Assembly: GCF_004010195.1 (NCBI RefSeq)
Contig: NC_057755.1
Location: forward strand, 9,589,306-9,648,931
Reading direction: 5' to 3'
Origin: Chiloscyllium plagiosum
Taxonomy: Eukaryota
Length of the DNA stretch: 59,626 bases
Part shown: positions 12,876-23,156 of the stretch, piece after piece
How positions within the stretch are numbered: position 1 is the stretch's first letter
How the letters are laid out: each line of letters opens with the position of its first letter
The notes under the pieces: model-generated
What the model was told of the DNA's origin: nothing
Database searches by the model: none
The model's input: only the letters and a program-made list of their open reading frames with translations
Program-made: the position numbers and the translations under genes

Positions 12876-13224
12876 CATCAGAGCATATTGGTTCGAAATT
12901 TTCTCTGACATTTAATTGTAATTCGTATTCTAAGAAGACTTTTTCTGCTTCCAATTTATCATAGAAGTAAGAACATTAATTTCACTTCCACTTTCTTGAA
13001 TCACACTTTTGCAAAGTTCAATACTGCCACAGGAAATCTATATACCCCATCCGTTATATTTCAAATTGCTTTCCTTTGTCTGAACCAGTGCCAGAGTTAT
13101 TTGTGTTCCCTGGCTGAAATTTACACTCTCTTACCGTCCCAACATCTCTCGCTGTGCCCTTGAGAAGATGGTGGTGTACCTTTCACCGATAAATTTCCTG
13201 TTTTTAAAGTGAATTTTCCCCCTG

Positions 13225-13246
13225 TATCTCTCTCACTTCTCCCCCT

Positions 13247-13277
<31 letters not shown>

Positions 13278-13325
13278 GTGTGTCTCTCTCTCACCCCGCC
13301 ACGTCTCTCTCTCTCTTTTCCTCTG
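13225..13325. repeat. (CT)n-rich microsatellite
   Basis: Read directly from the sequence. Confidence 0.9.
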
Positions 13326-14116
13326 CATCTTTCTCCCACACACCCCTACCCCGGTGCCTCACTTATTGCCTGTATCTCTCTGTTTTCCCACATGTCTCTC
13401 TTTACCTCTGCTTTTGCAGATTCATTATTCCCTTATATTTGTTGACCAGAAAACAATTTGAATCCGCAGCAAATTCATCGAGGGATTTGACAAAAGTTTG
13501 AGTTTTGGGATGGGGCTGAGCCAAGCAGGATTTGCACACTGCAACAGTTTCTGACCGATGTTACACATCTACAATTTAGTGGCTAAGCGATTTTATGTTT
13601 TACATATTTGAGTCTCTCAGAAACTTGGTGCTTGCAAAGTAAGGCAGATGTTGCTAGAACGTGATATTAACTCAGGCAATCGTTGTCAGCAGGTGCTGGA
13701 AGTTGCATTTTAATCGCCTCCAAAGAACTATCACCATTTCATGCGGCTGCGAGGATCTATGAATGGTAATCCAGATCCAAATGAGTTTGGCAGACATTTC
13801 AGATTTGATTATAGCAGCTATTTTAAGTTAGCAGAGCACTGGCATTGAATGTGTAAATAGGAATAAGCAAGAGAAACTGGAGACATTAACACATTTTGAA
13901 AATGATGTACATTGGTCCCAAAGAAGCACTGTAGTATTTCTTACCCTAAACCCCTCGACACAGAGAGTTGTGCAGATGTTAGGGATAATTGCTGAGATTC
14001 TGTCTCAGAATTTTTCTGATGTCGCTGTGACTCTCACATAGCCTCTTCATCTATATCTTAAGGAGTTATGTCACTACCATATATATCCAAATTTGCATCA
14101 AGTGAGTCTAATTTTC

Positions 14117-14120
<4 letters not shown>

Positions 14121-14149
<29 letters not shown>
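14121..14149. repeat. (TG)14 microsatellite
   Basis: Read directly from the sequence. Confidence 0.95.
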
Positions 14150-14152
<3 letters not shown>

Positions 14153-14182
14153 GAGCAGTTAAAATTTCTTCAGGAAACATGA

Positions 14183-14620
14183 TTTGGAGATGCCGGTGTT
14201 GGACTGGGGTGTATAAAGTTAAAAATCACACAACACCAGGCTACAGTCCAACAGGTTTAATTGGAAGCACACTAGCTTTCGGACCGACGCTCCTTCATCA
14301 GGCGATTGTGGAGGGCTCAATCGTAACACAGAATTTATAGCAAAACTTTGCAGTGCGATGTAACTGAAATTAGACATTGAAAAATTGATTGTCTATTAAG
14401 CCTTTCACCTGTTATAACAGATGACAAATGAACGGCTGAACAGACAATCAATTTTTCAATGTATAATTTAAGTTAAATCACACTGCAAACTTTTGCTATA
14501 AATTCTGTGTTAAGATCGAGCCCTCCACAATCACCTGATGAAGGAGCGTCGCTCCGAAAGCTAGTGTGCTTCCAATTAAACCTGTTGGACAATAACCTGG
14601 TGTTGTGTGATTTTTAACTT
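14183..14620. mobile_element. Palindromic non-autonomous Penelope-derived element with a hammerhead motif on each strand
   Basis: Inverted arms of about 200 bp (14216-14413 and 14416-14620) centred on ctgttataacag; a 33-bp unpaired tail at 14183-14215; direct repeat cttcaggaaacatga at 14168-14182 and 14618-14632. Confidence 0.9.
14531..14567 (+). ncRNA. Minimal type I hammerhead ribozyme motif (PLE-associated)
   Basis: CTGATGA 14535-14541, stem II ggagcg/cgctcc, GAAA 14556-14559, palindromic AGCT stem III, CUA triplet, stem I cac/gtg. The mirror copy is on the minus strand at about 14268-14305. Confidence 0.75.
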
Positions 14621-14670
14621 CAGGAAACATGACTCTGATAATCATGACTCTGTTTATCTTGTCCGTAACT

Positions 14671-14692
14671 AGGGACAGATTGCTCTATAAAT
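14671..14692 (+). promoter_or_regulatory. TATA-containing promoter box of the GPCR pseudogene
   Basis: agggacagattgctctataaat is identical to 32694-32715 and lies about 76 bp upstream of the mutated start codon. Confidence 0.7.
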
Positions 14693-14768
14693 TTAGAACA
14701 TTCGCTGCCCTCAGATATATTGCAAAAGAAACATTCAATCTGGATATCTTCCAAATATTCTTCACGGA

Positions 14769-14836
14769 ATATTGCAGCCAATTATTCTACAGATCAGGGC
14801 AATTTATCACCAATTCTGGCACATTCAGAATTTGCG
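14769..14836 (+). pseudogene. Exon 1 of a GPR139/142-like GPCR pseudogene
   Basis: ATA TTG CAG CCA ATT ATT CTA CAG aligns with ATG GTG CAG CCA ATA ATT CTA CAG at 32791. The start is ATG>ATA, the frame shifts, and the donor appears to be gtatgt>ggatgt. Confidence 0.75.
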
Positions 14837-14949
14837 GGATGTGGAGGTGGCAGTAGAGTTCGTCGTTTTTCCTGAAGACCTGAGACAAATAGGTTGTTTC
14901 AAGGATCAGTTCGATATCCATAGCTGTTGTAAACTAATTTCAAAAGTAT

Positions 14950-15860
14950 GCATGAGAATATAGGAGGCATGGTGAGTACATTGGAGGATGACATGAAAAT
15001 TAGTCGCACAGGAGAGAGTGAAGAAGGTTATCTAAACGTCCAACGAGGTCTTCAACAGCTTGACCAGTGAGAAGAGAAGTGGTAAATGGAATTTAGTAAA
15101 GATAAATACAAGGCGTTGCATTTTTGTAAGGCAAATAGAGGCAGGACTGACACAGCTAATGGTCGTTCTGGGGGAGTATTATTGGACAGAGAGACTTTGA
15201 GATGCACCTAAGTATTTCCTTGAAAGAGACATTACATGTGGGCAGGATGGTGACAAAAGGCGTTTGGCAAGTTTGCCTTCACTAGTCAGACCACTGAATA
15301 AAGATTGCGGGGTGTCATGTCGTGAATGTGCAGGGCACTGTTGATGCCACTTTTGAAATACTGTGCATAATTCCACTCGCTCTGCTTTCGGTAAGATGGT
15401 GCTATACTACAATGATGGATAAAATATTTCAAGATGTTGCTGAAAATGCAGGGTTTGAGATATAAGGACGGACTCGATAGTCTATGCCTTTTTTTCCGAA
15501 AAAGTTCGGAGATTGAGGGGGTCACCTTCTCGACGTATATAAAATCATGACAGCATTGATAATTTAAATGCAAAGGTGCGTAAAGGGCAAAGTTTTAATG
15601 TGAGAGGCAAAGATTTAAAAGGAACCAGATGGACATTTTTCACAAAACCGTTGGGTCATGGCTGGAATGCCAGTGGAAGTGGTGGGTAAGGGCACAATTA
15701 TCACATTTAAGAGACATTTCGTCAGGTAAATGAACAGGAAAGGTTTAGAAGGATATGGAACAGAAACAGCCAAATGAGACCAGGTAGGTCTGGGACATTC
15801 TGTTAGCATGGAGGTGTTGGACCAAAGGATGCAATTCTGTGCTGTATGACTCTGAGTCTA
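14950..15860 (+). mobile_element. Old CR1 3' fragment in the pseudogene intron
   Basis: Begins just before a degenerate FADD motif (gaggatgacatgaaaatt) and ends in a ctgtatgactct tail. Confidence 0.75.
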
Positions 15861-16242
15861 TGGCTCCAACCTCTGAATGGTTAGACAGCAGAAAGAGGTG
15901 TCTGACAGAGTTTCTATCAACGTGCCCAGTGAATAGGATGGTATTTGGTAGCGACAGAGAAAACAGTATTTCACCACATATCACAGATAACCTATAATAA
16001 GGACAAGTCACGGTATACTTTGATCAGTTTAATAGTTGAAAACATTTAAATGGAAGACGCTGAAATCAAGCCAAACTTACTGTCTCTCTATCCTGAGTAC
16101 TCCATGCGCTGTTATACCATCATGGCATTTCCAAAATGCATGTGCATTTAAGTAGTGCCATTGGGTATTTTGTCAGAAGATAACTTACTTTTCTTCTCTG
16201 TGTGATCCTGTGTTTTATAAATTTTCTTTGTTTGAATTGCAG

Positions 16243-16436
16243 CCAACCTACCCTTTTCTCCTTCTACGCCCATCTACGTGGTCGCCATGGCTACCACCCT
16301 TCTTCTGATGATAAATTTCAATTTGCATCACATTTTCAGTTTTCATTTTACACATGCCTTTTTCCCCTACACGAGATTTTATTAATTTGTTATCTACGTG
16401 AGCGCTGTCAACCTGAACATGGCAGTATAGTTCACT
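16243..16436 (+). pseudogene. GPCR pseudogene exon 2, 5' part (TM1 end to TM3)
   Basis: Acceptor ttgcag|CC AAC CTA. YVVAMATTLLL, HHIFSFHF and AVNLNMAV*FT align with ORF 36562-37467, with deletions and stops. Confidence 0.85.
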
Positions 16437-18918
16437 CATAGAGCTAGAGACCCAAAGTGTCGGGCATGAACTCTTCATTGGGAATAAGGTATGTGGGCTG
16501 GAGATAAATGGGAGTGGCTGGGACTGGGATCAAGGTTGTTGTGAATGTGATAGGTCGATGAAGGTGGGGTGGGGGGGAAGATGATAGGTCGGAGAGTAGG
16601 GTCGGGTGGATAGGTGGAAGGAAGATAGACAGGTCAGGAGGGAAGTGGCAAGTTGGATGTGGCAGAATGGGATAGAGTGAGGGGGACGGGAAATGAGGAA
16701 ACTGCTGAAATCTACATTAATCCCGTGTAATTTCAGGGTCCCAAGGCAGAAGGTGAGCCTTTCTACCACCAGGCGTCAGGTCGTTTCAGTTTGGCAATAG
16801 AGGAGGCCCAGGACCTGTATGCCCTTGGTGGAGTGGGAGGGACAGTTAACGTGTTCGGCCATGGGGCTGTGGGGTTGGTTGATAAGAGTGTAACAGGGAT
16901 GTTCTCTGAATTGGTCTACAAGTTTGCATCTTGCCTCCGTGTAGTAGTGGAGACGACATCGGGTGAAACAGATACAGTAGATGGTGTGTGTGGAAGTACA
17001 GGTAAATTTCTGTCAGTTGTGGAAAGATCATTTGGGGCATTGAATTGAGGTGAGGGGGGAGGTGTGGAAGGAGGTTTTGAACTTCTAGCATTGGCAGAGC
17101 AAGGTACTGGGAGTGGGGTGTTGGCTGTTGTTGGGGGCATGAATCTCACAAAGGAGTCGAAGAGGGAATGGTCTCTCCGAAATGCAGAAAAGATTGGGGA
17201 GGGAATTATGTCGCGAGTTGCAGGGACTGTTGACAGTGACAGATGTGGTGTTGGATGATGGGATGTATCCAGAGGTTGATGGGATGGAAGGTGAGGACTG
17301 GGGGATTCTGTCCTTGTTGCAATTAGAGTGCTGTGGTTCAAGGACAGAGGTGCGGGAATTGGAGGAGATGTGCCGGAAGGCAGCGTTTCTCAGGTGTGAG
17401 GGGACATTGCTGTTTTAAAGAAGAAGGCCATTTGGGGTGCTCTATTGTTGAATTGGTCGTTGTAAAAGCATATGTGACAGTGATGGAGGATTGGGAATAA
17501 GGAATGCCTTTTTTACAACAGGCATAGTGCGAGGGGCATGCTCCAGGTAGCGATGGGAGTCCGTAGTTTTCTAGTAGGTTACCATGGTTAGTTTGCCGCT
17601 GGAGATGGAGACGGAGATGTTCAGAAATGGGACAGAAGTATCCGAGATGGTCCAGGTAAGTTTGAGTTCGGAGTGGTAGTTGCTGGTGAACTTGATGAAC
17701 TGTTCAAAATCCTCGAAAGAGCACAAGATAGCACCGCTACAGTCATCAATCCCGTGACGGAAAAGGTGGGGAATGGTGTTTTTGTAGCTCTGGAAGATGA
17801 ATTGTTCCACGTACCCGGCAAAGAAGCAGGCCGACTCGGGGCCCATTTTGGTGCCCATGGCTACCACTTAGATTTGAAGGAAGTGAGATGTTGTTGAGGG
17901 TGAGGACCAGTTTAGCAAGTTGAATGTGAATGTCAGTGGAAGGCTGTTGGTTGGTTCAGTGTGAGAGTAAGAAACGGTGGGTTTGGAGGCCTCCATCATG
18001 CGGGATAAATATGTACAGGGACTGTATGTCTATGGTGAAGATAAGGCATTCGGAGCCAGGGGTACGAATGTCTTGGAGGAGGTGAGGGAAGTGTATGGTC
18101 GGAAGTTCCTATACTAAGTTGGACAGGCCAGTGTCAAGGTATGCAGAGGTCAGTTCGGTGGTGCAAGAGCAGGCAGAGAGAATGAGTCGACTGAGGAAGT
18201 CAGGTTTGTCAATCTTGTTTAGGAAGTAGAATTGGGAAGTGCAGAATTTTAGGATTGAGGTTGGAGGCTGTGGGTGGGAAACCCCCAGAGATGATAAGGT
18301 GTGGGTCGTCTGAGGAATGGTTGTTTGGTCATGGTCGTTGACGGGCCTGTTGGTGGAGTATCTGCGAGTTGGTGCCTGCTTTCACTGGAGTACTGGTCGG
18401 TGTGCCAAACCGACTCTGCGCCCTCACTCCCCCCCTCCCCCACCCCCTCCCCCGCCTTGTCTACTCATTTCATGGTGATGTTCGGGTTGGAGTGGAGGGC
18501 TGTGCGTTTTGATGGTCAGAGGCTTGAGTGGGTGAGGTTGTGTACAGTTTGTGGCAGTTGTGTCACAGCAGCATAGAACATAGTGCATTACACTGTAGTA
18601 CAGACCTTTTTGCCATCGATGTTGTGCCGACCTGTGAAACCAGTCCGAAACCCCTCCCTCCTGCACAATTCCATTTTCTATCCAATCACCATTTAAGTGA
18701 TCTTAAATTTGTGGAGTCTACTTCTGTTGCATACAGTGCTTTCCATGCCCCAACTACTCTCTGAGTAAAGAAACGTCCTCTAACATCGGTCCTATATCTA
18801 GGACCCATCCATTTAAAGCTGTGTCATCTCCTCGCCATCACCATCCAAGGAAAAAGGTTTTCACTCTGCCCTTTACCTGACCCTCTGATTATCGTGTATG
18901 TCTCAATTAAGTCTCAAT

Positions 18919-19172
18919 GGGGCTGGGGAAACTGTGACAGTCAGTGTTACTGAATGGAGGGGGTGTGGAACCTGTGACTGTCAGTTTCACTGAGAGGATG
19001 AGGTGGAGAGCCTGTGACTGTCAGTGTCACTGAAAGGAGGGGGTGGAGACCCTGTGGCTGTCAGTGTCACTGAGAGTCGGAGCTGGGGAACCTGTGACAG
19101 TCAGTGTTACTGAATGGAGGGGGTGGGGAACCTGTGACAGTGTCACTGAGAGGAGGGGGTGGGGACCCTGTG
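18919..19172. repeat. Minisatellite, about 6.5 copies of a roughly 39-41 bp unit (ggggtggggaacctgtgacagtcagtgtcactgagagga)
   Basis: Read directly; tandem diverged units with no unique spacers. Confidence 0.9.
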
Positions 19173-19185
19173 AAAAAAGAATGGT

Positions 19186-19510
19186 GGGCGGCACGGTGGC
19201 ACAGTGGTTAGCACTGCTGCCTCACAGCGCCAGAGACCCGGGTTCAATTCCTGCCTCAGGCGACTGACTGTGTGGAGTTTGCACATTCTCCCCGTGTCTG
19301 CGTGGGTTTCCTCTGGGTGCTCCGGTTTCCTCCCACAGTCCAAAGATGTGCAGGTCTGGTGAATTGGCCATGCTAAATTGTCCGTAGTGTTAGGTAAGGG
19401 GTAAATGTAGGGGTATGGGTGGTTTGCGCTTCGGCGGGACGGTGTGGACTTGTTGGGCCGAAGGGCCTGTTTCCACACTGTAAAGTAATCTAAAGTAATC
19501 TAATCTAAAA
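19186..19510 (+). mobile_element. HE1-type V-SINE (tRNA-derived), young copy
   Basis: A/B boxes (gtggcacagtggt; gggttcaattcc), V-domain (gtgtggagtttgcacattctccccgtgtctgcgtgggtttcc...ggtttcctcccacagtccaaaga), CR1-like 3' end and taatc tail. Confidence 0.9.
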
Positions 19511-21449
19511 CAAAAGTCACATTTCAACCTTCTTGTCTGTAAGGAAAACAGTCATAAATCCCTCATACTTGCCTCATAAGACTTTCCCTCCAAACCAGGC
19601 AACATCAAAGTAAATCTCATCTGAACACTTTCGAAACCTTCCACTTCCTTTCCATAATGCTGCGACCAGAACAGTAAGCAATACTCCAAGTGCAGCCCCA
19701 CCGGAGTTTCCTCCAGCAATAACTCTTGATCTGTGGTATATAGCTATCCATCTTCATCGCTAAATTAAACATAACCGAACTGCAGTAACTATTACCAAAG
19801 TGTTCACCGACCTCCAAATTTAACCCTGGCCAGGTTCATTACCCGGTACCAAATCCAATGTGGTCTCGTCTCTTGTTGGCCCACAGTCAACGATCCTGCA
19901 CGGATTGGATTAAAACAAACACCAATCTAAAGTACTTGAACTACAGTATTTTCAGTCTTTATTTGTAATGTTCAAGTCTCTGATAACAATCTGCCTGTTA
20001 CTCTCGCTCTTATCCAGAATTATCTTTGCTATCATTTTCTCTGCATTTCAGAAACTATTCGGCGGTCTGTAGAATACTTCCCACAGGGTGACCTCTCCTT
20101 TTCTGTTTCTAACATCAGCACATACTACCGCAGTAGACGAGATTTCAAACATTCCTCCTGCTACTGTAATACTGTCCATGACTAATAATGGCACACACCT
20201 CCCGCTTTTCTCATCTTCTTTGTTCTTACTGAAACATCTAAATCGTGGAATTTGCAACAACAAGTCCAGTCCTTGCTCTACTCATGTCTGTGAAATGGCC
20301 ACAACATCAAAATCCCAGGTTCCAATCCGTGCTGCAAGTTCAACCACCTTATTTTGGATGCTCCTGGTGTTGAAATCGACACATTTCCAATAACCTTCCT
20401 GTTTGCTGATGAAAACTTCAACCTTGAAAACATGTTTCTGATCTCGCTACTCTCAAGCTCCCGGATACTGGAACTACGACTTAGGTTCCCATGGCCCTGC
20501 TGAATTAGATTAAATCCTGTTGAATCGCATTGGCTTCGTCAGTTTGTAAGAGGTCCAACCTACCATAGAATGAGCCTCAATTATTCAGGTATCCGGAGCT
20601 CTCCCTCCTTCTCCATCTCTGTAGCCACATGTTCATCTGTTCTCTCTTCCCATTCCTCGCCTCTCTCGCACGTGGCACAGGCAACAATTCTGAGATAGCA
20701 ACTTTGTTTATTCCAGCACTAAACTTGCACCCAAGCTCCATGAATTTCAGGAGCTCCAAGCTTATGAAATCCCCATCCTTGTTCTAAATATATTGCCAGT
20801 AGCTCTTTCGACCAGGACTTGTGGTTGCACCCCCGCCCCCTCAAGGATAAATAAAACAGAGACGTCATGAACCCTAGCACTGGGAGGCAACACACCAACG
20901 GTGAGACTCTCTCGTTCCCACAGAACCTACTATCTGTCCCCCTAACTATGGAATCCCTAATGACTAATGATCTGCTCATCTCTCCTCCCCCCAAAAAAGT
21001 ATCCAAAACGGTATATTTGTTATTGAGGGCAAGTGCAACAAGGGTTCCCTGCACTGCCTGCGGGTTCCCTTGACGTCCCCTGACAGTAACCCACTTGCCT
21101 TTTTCTTCTCCTGACGTGTGGCTAAAGTCTTGTAACTCCAGCTTTGCTTGGGTTCGAGGATCTCCAGTTGGGTGCACTTCCCACTGAATAAGCCAGCAGG
21201 GACACGAGTGGTGACCCTTACCTCTCGCATTCTGCAGGAGGAAAGCTCAACTGCCCTAACTTCCATCCACACTGTTCTAAATTCCGAAAGAGAATGTAGT
21301 AAAGTAAAAAATAAATAAAAACAAAAACTAGTTATTTTATCAATCCAGCGCATAGATCGTTTTTGTTTTGTGGTTAGAATGAATGGCAGACACTACCTTT
21401 GTAGTGTTTCGTGTAAGGCAACCAATGAAATATACTACTTCACTTACTG

Positions 21450-21669
21450 GAGAAAGTGAGGTCTGCAGATGCTGGAGATCAGAGATGGAAATGTGTTGCT
21501 GGAAAAGCGCAGCAGGCCAGGCAGCATCTAGGGAACAGGAGAATCGACGTTTCGGGCATTAGCCCTTCGGGCATTCCTGAAGAAGGGCTAATGCCCGAAA
21601 CGTCGATTCTCCTGTTCCCTAGATGCTGCCTGACCTGCAGCGCTTTTCCAGCAACACATTTCCATCTCT
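21450..21669. mobile_element. Short palindromic Penelope-derived mini-element with a hammerhead motif
   Basis: Near-perfect inverted arms across 21481-21669; 31-bp tail 21450-21480; direct repeat ctacttcacttactg at 21435-21449 and 21668-21682. Confidence 0.9.
21573..21610 (+). ncRNA. Minimal hammerhead ribozyme motif
   Basis: CTGAAGA 21577-21583, stem II gggc-taat-gccc, GAAA 21597-21600, palindromic ACGT, GUC triplet. Confidence 0.75.
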
Positions 21670-22089
21670 ACTTCACTTACTGACCAGTCCCATGTCCCTT
21701 TCTGCTCAACCTGCTCTCCGGTATTCACGAGGTAAGTTTATATGATTTTAAATTTACCTTCCTGGTAGTCTCCTGGTCCTCATAGTGGCTTCCTACAATG
21801 TGGCTGCTACTGGCAAAATGGAGATCGCGGAACACACGAGGTTAATTCATATAATTTTAAATTTGCATTCCCAGCAGATCCCTTGACCTCGCTGTTACTC
21901 CTCCTATTGCTACTGCTACTGCAAAAGTGGAGTTGGAAAAGAAGATATCAAGGTGGGTAACAGACCAGCATGGGGTGACAAGGTGGAGTGCGTGTGTTGG
22001 AGGTGGAAGAAGGGGTCTTCGGTGTGTCAGCGGGAATCTCGATGAAAAAAGTGGGCTCAGAAACAGAGGCAGTGGGAAAAAAGAACCTA

Positions 22090-22428
22090 CAACAGAGAAC
22101 AGTACGAGGCAGTACAGGTTTCGAACGTCGATATTGCGTCGACCTGTGGAACCAACCTGAAGCCCAATAACCTACGCTATTCCATTTTCGTACATATGCC
22201 CTATCCAATGATAGTTTAAAAGCCTCTAAAGTTGGCGAGTCTACAACTGTTGCAGCTACTGCATTGCACGCCCCACCATTCTCTGAGAAAATAAACTAAC
22301 TCTGACATCTCTCCTCTACCTATCTCCAATCAATTTAAACCTCTGTCCCCGTCGTGCTAGACATCGCCATCCGAAAAAAAAGTTCTCACTGTCCAAATTA
22401 TCTAACTCGCTGATTATATCCTAGGTCT
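22090..22428 (-). mobile_element. CR1 3' end nested in the Penelope element
   Basis: Same sequence family as 7910-8378, 18574-18913 and 43595-44085. Confidence 0.7.
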
Positions 22429-23156
22429 CAATTGTTCAAAGTCACAGCGTGAACCAAACTCATTAATCCAGAAGCGTAGTGAGATGAAGGTGATGCCTTT
22501 GTTGAGGACTGATCGTTCATCCATAGTAAGGGTAACTTCTGGGAAAATTGCGAAAAATCGGCTGAACTGGGACTTCGACCTGGTGGGGGGTTGGAGCTGG
22601 GGGTAAGGGGGGGAACCACCACCGAAGTGGGCGTGGTTAAAGAATCGAGTATGACATTGTCAACTGAAGTGTCACTCACCACAGGGAGCAGAAGTGATCC
22701 CTCCAGTGGTGCCTGCAGGGCGCAAGTGACATAAAGTATGACAAGTATGACATCAACAATGTCGCCGGCAGAGCTCAGCGATGTCACTGAGGCAGAAGTG
22801 GGTCCACCAGCAACTGTGGGGTCGGTAGTAAAGTACAAGGTACATATCACGTCAGTTCTGGCAGCAGTGGATCTCGCTGTAGTAGTGGCGGTCGTAGACC
22901 CTGCAGCGGTAGTGAAGGTGGCTGTCTTCCTGGTGATCTGGAGCTGGTTGTCTGGACAGTGATTGCGGAGTCTGTATGGTCGACAGTGGCTGCGGTCTGA
23001 GGGGGGTCAGCGGGCATGACGTTTTCATTAGCCGCTGCGGTTGTGGCCAAAGCAGTCACATGGCTAATGGCTCCTTGGATGCTGCCTGATTTGTTGTGCT
23101 TTTCCAGCATCACACTCTCGAATCGGATCTCCATCATCTGCAGTCCACACTTTCTC

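Larger units (their letters stand above)
11810..12960. repeat. Old inverted duplication (arms about 11810-12075 and 12660-12960)
   Basis: Collinear blocks on opposite strands: gccactagagggcaga/gccactatagggcaga, acttatttcatactgaaa/acttacttcacactgaaa, gcagttacca/gcagttacca and agactgtttctgctcccaa/agactttttctgcttccaa. Confidence 0.7.
18574..21920 (-). mobile_element. Nested CR1 LINE with ORF1 (Zn-finger/SGNH esterase remnant), endonuclease and 3' end; RT internally deleted
   Basis: MEVRAVELSSCRMREV...KCTQL and SLVIRDSIVRG...VCCLP (ORF1); LQIPRFRCFSK...VFYRPPN and EVGEHFGNS (APE). This joins directly to the CR1 3' end near 19710. Confidence 0.8.
16437..23156 (-). mobile_element. Near full-length degenerate Penelope-like element inserted in the GPCR exon and hosting nested elements
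   Basis: GIY-YIG/RT region 16440-18570 (VAMGTKMGP...GIDDC...FIKFT); N-terminal pieces at 21920-22075 and 22430-23070 (LTMDERSVLNKGITF); terminal repeat 23075-23156; degenerate duplication gcagtatagttcact (16422-16436) / gtggtgtagttcact (23157-23171). Confidence 0.85.

Noticed and set aside
14183..14620. Endogenised viroid or Obelisk-like agent
   Set aside because: The arms match the terminal repeat of a PLE at 9485-9620, and the rod shape comes from an inverted duplication, so a Penelope origin explains it.
18919..19172. Regularly spaced repeats of about 40 bp resembling a CRISPR array
   Set aside because: The units are contiguous diverged copies with no unique spacers, there are no cas genes, and the context is eukaryotic.
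19186..19262. tRNA-like sequence with A and B boxes
   Set aside because: It is the head of an HE1 SINE, continues into the V-domain and recurs at 38466 and 59257.
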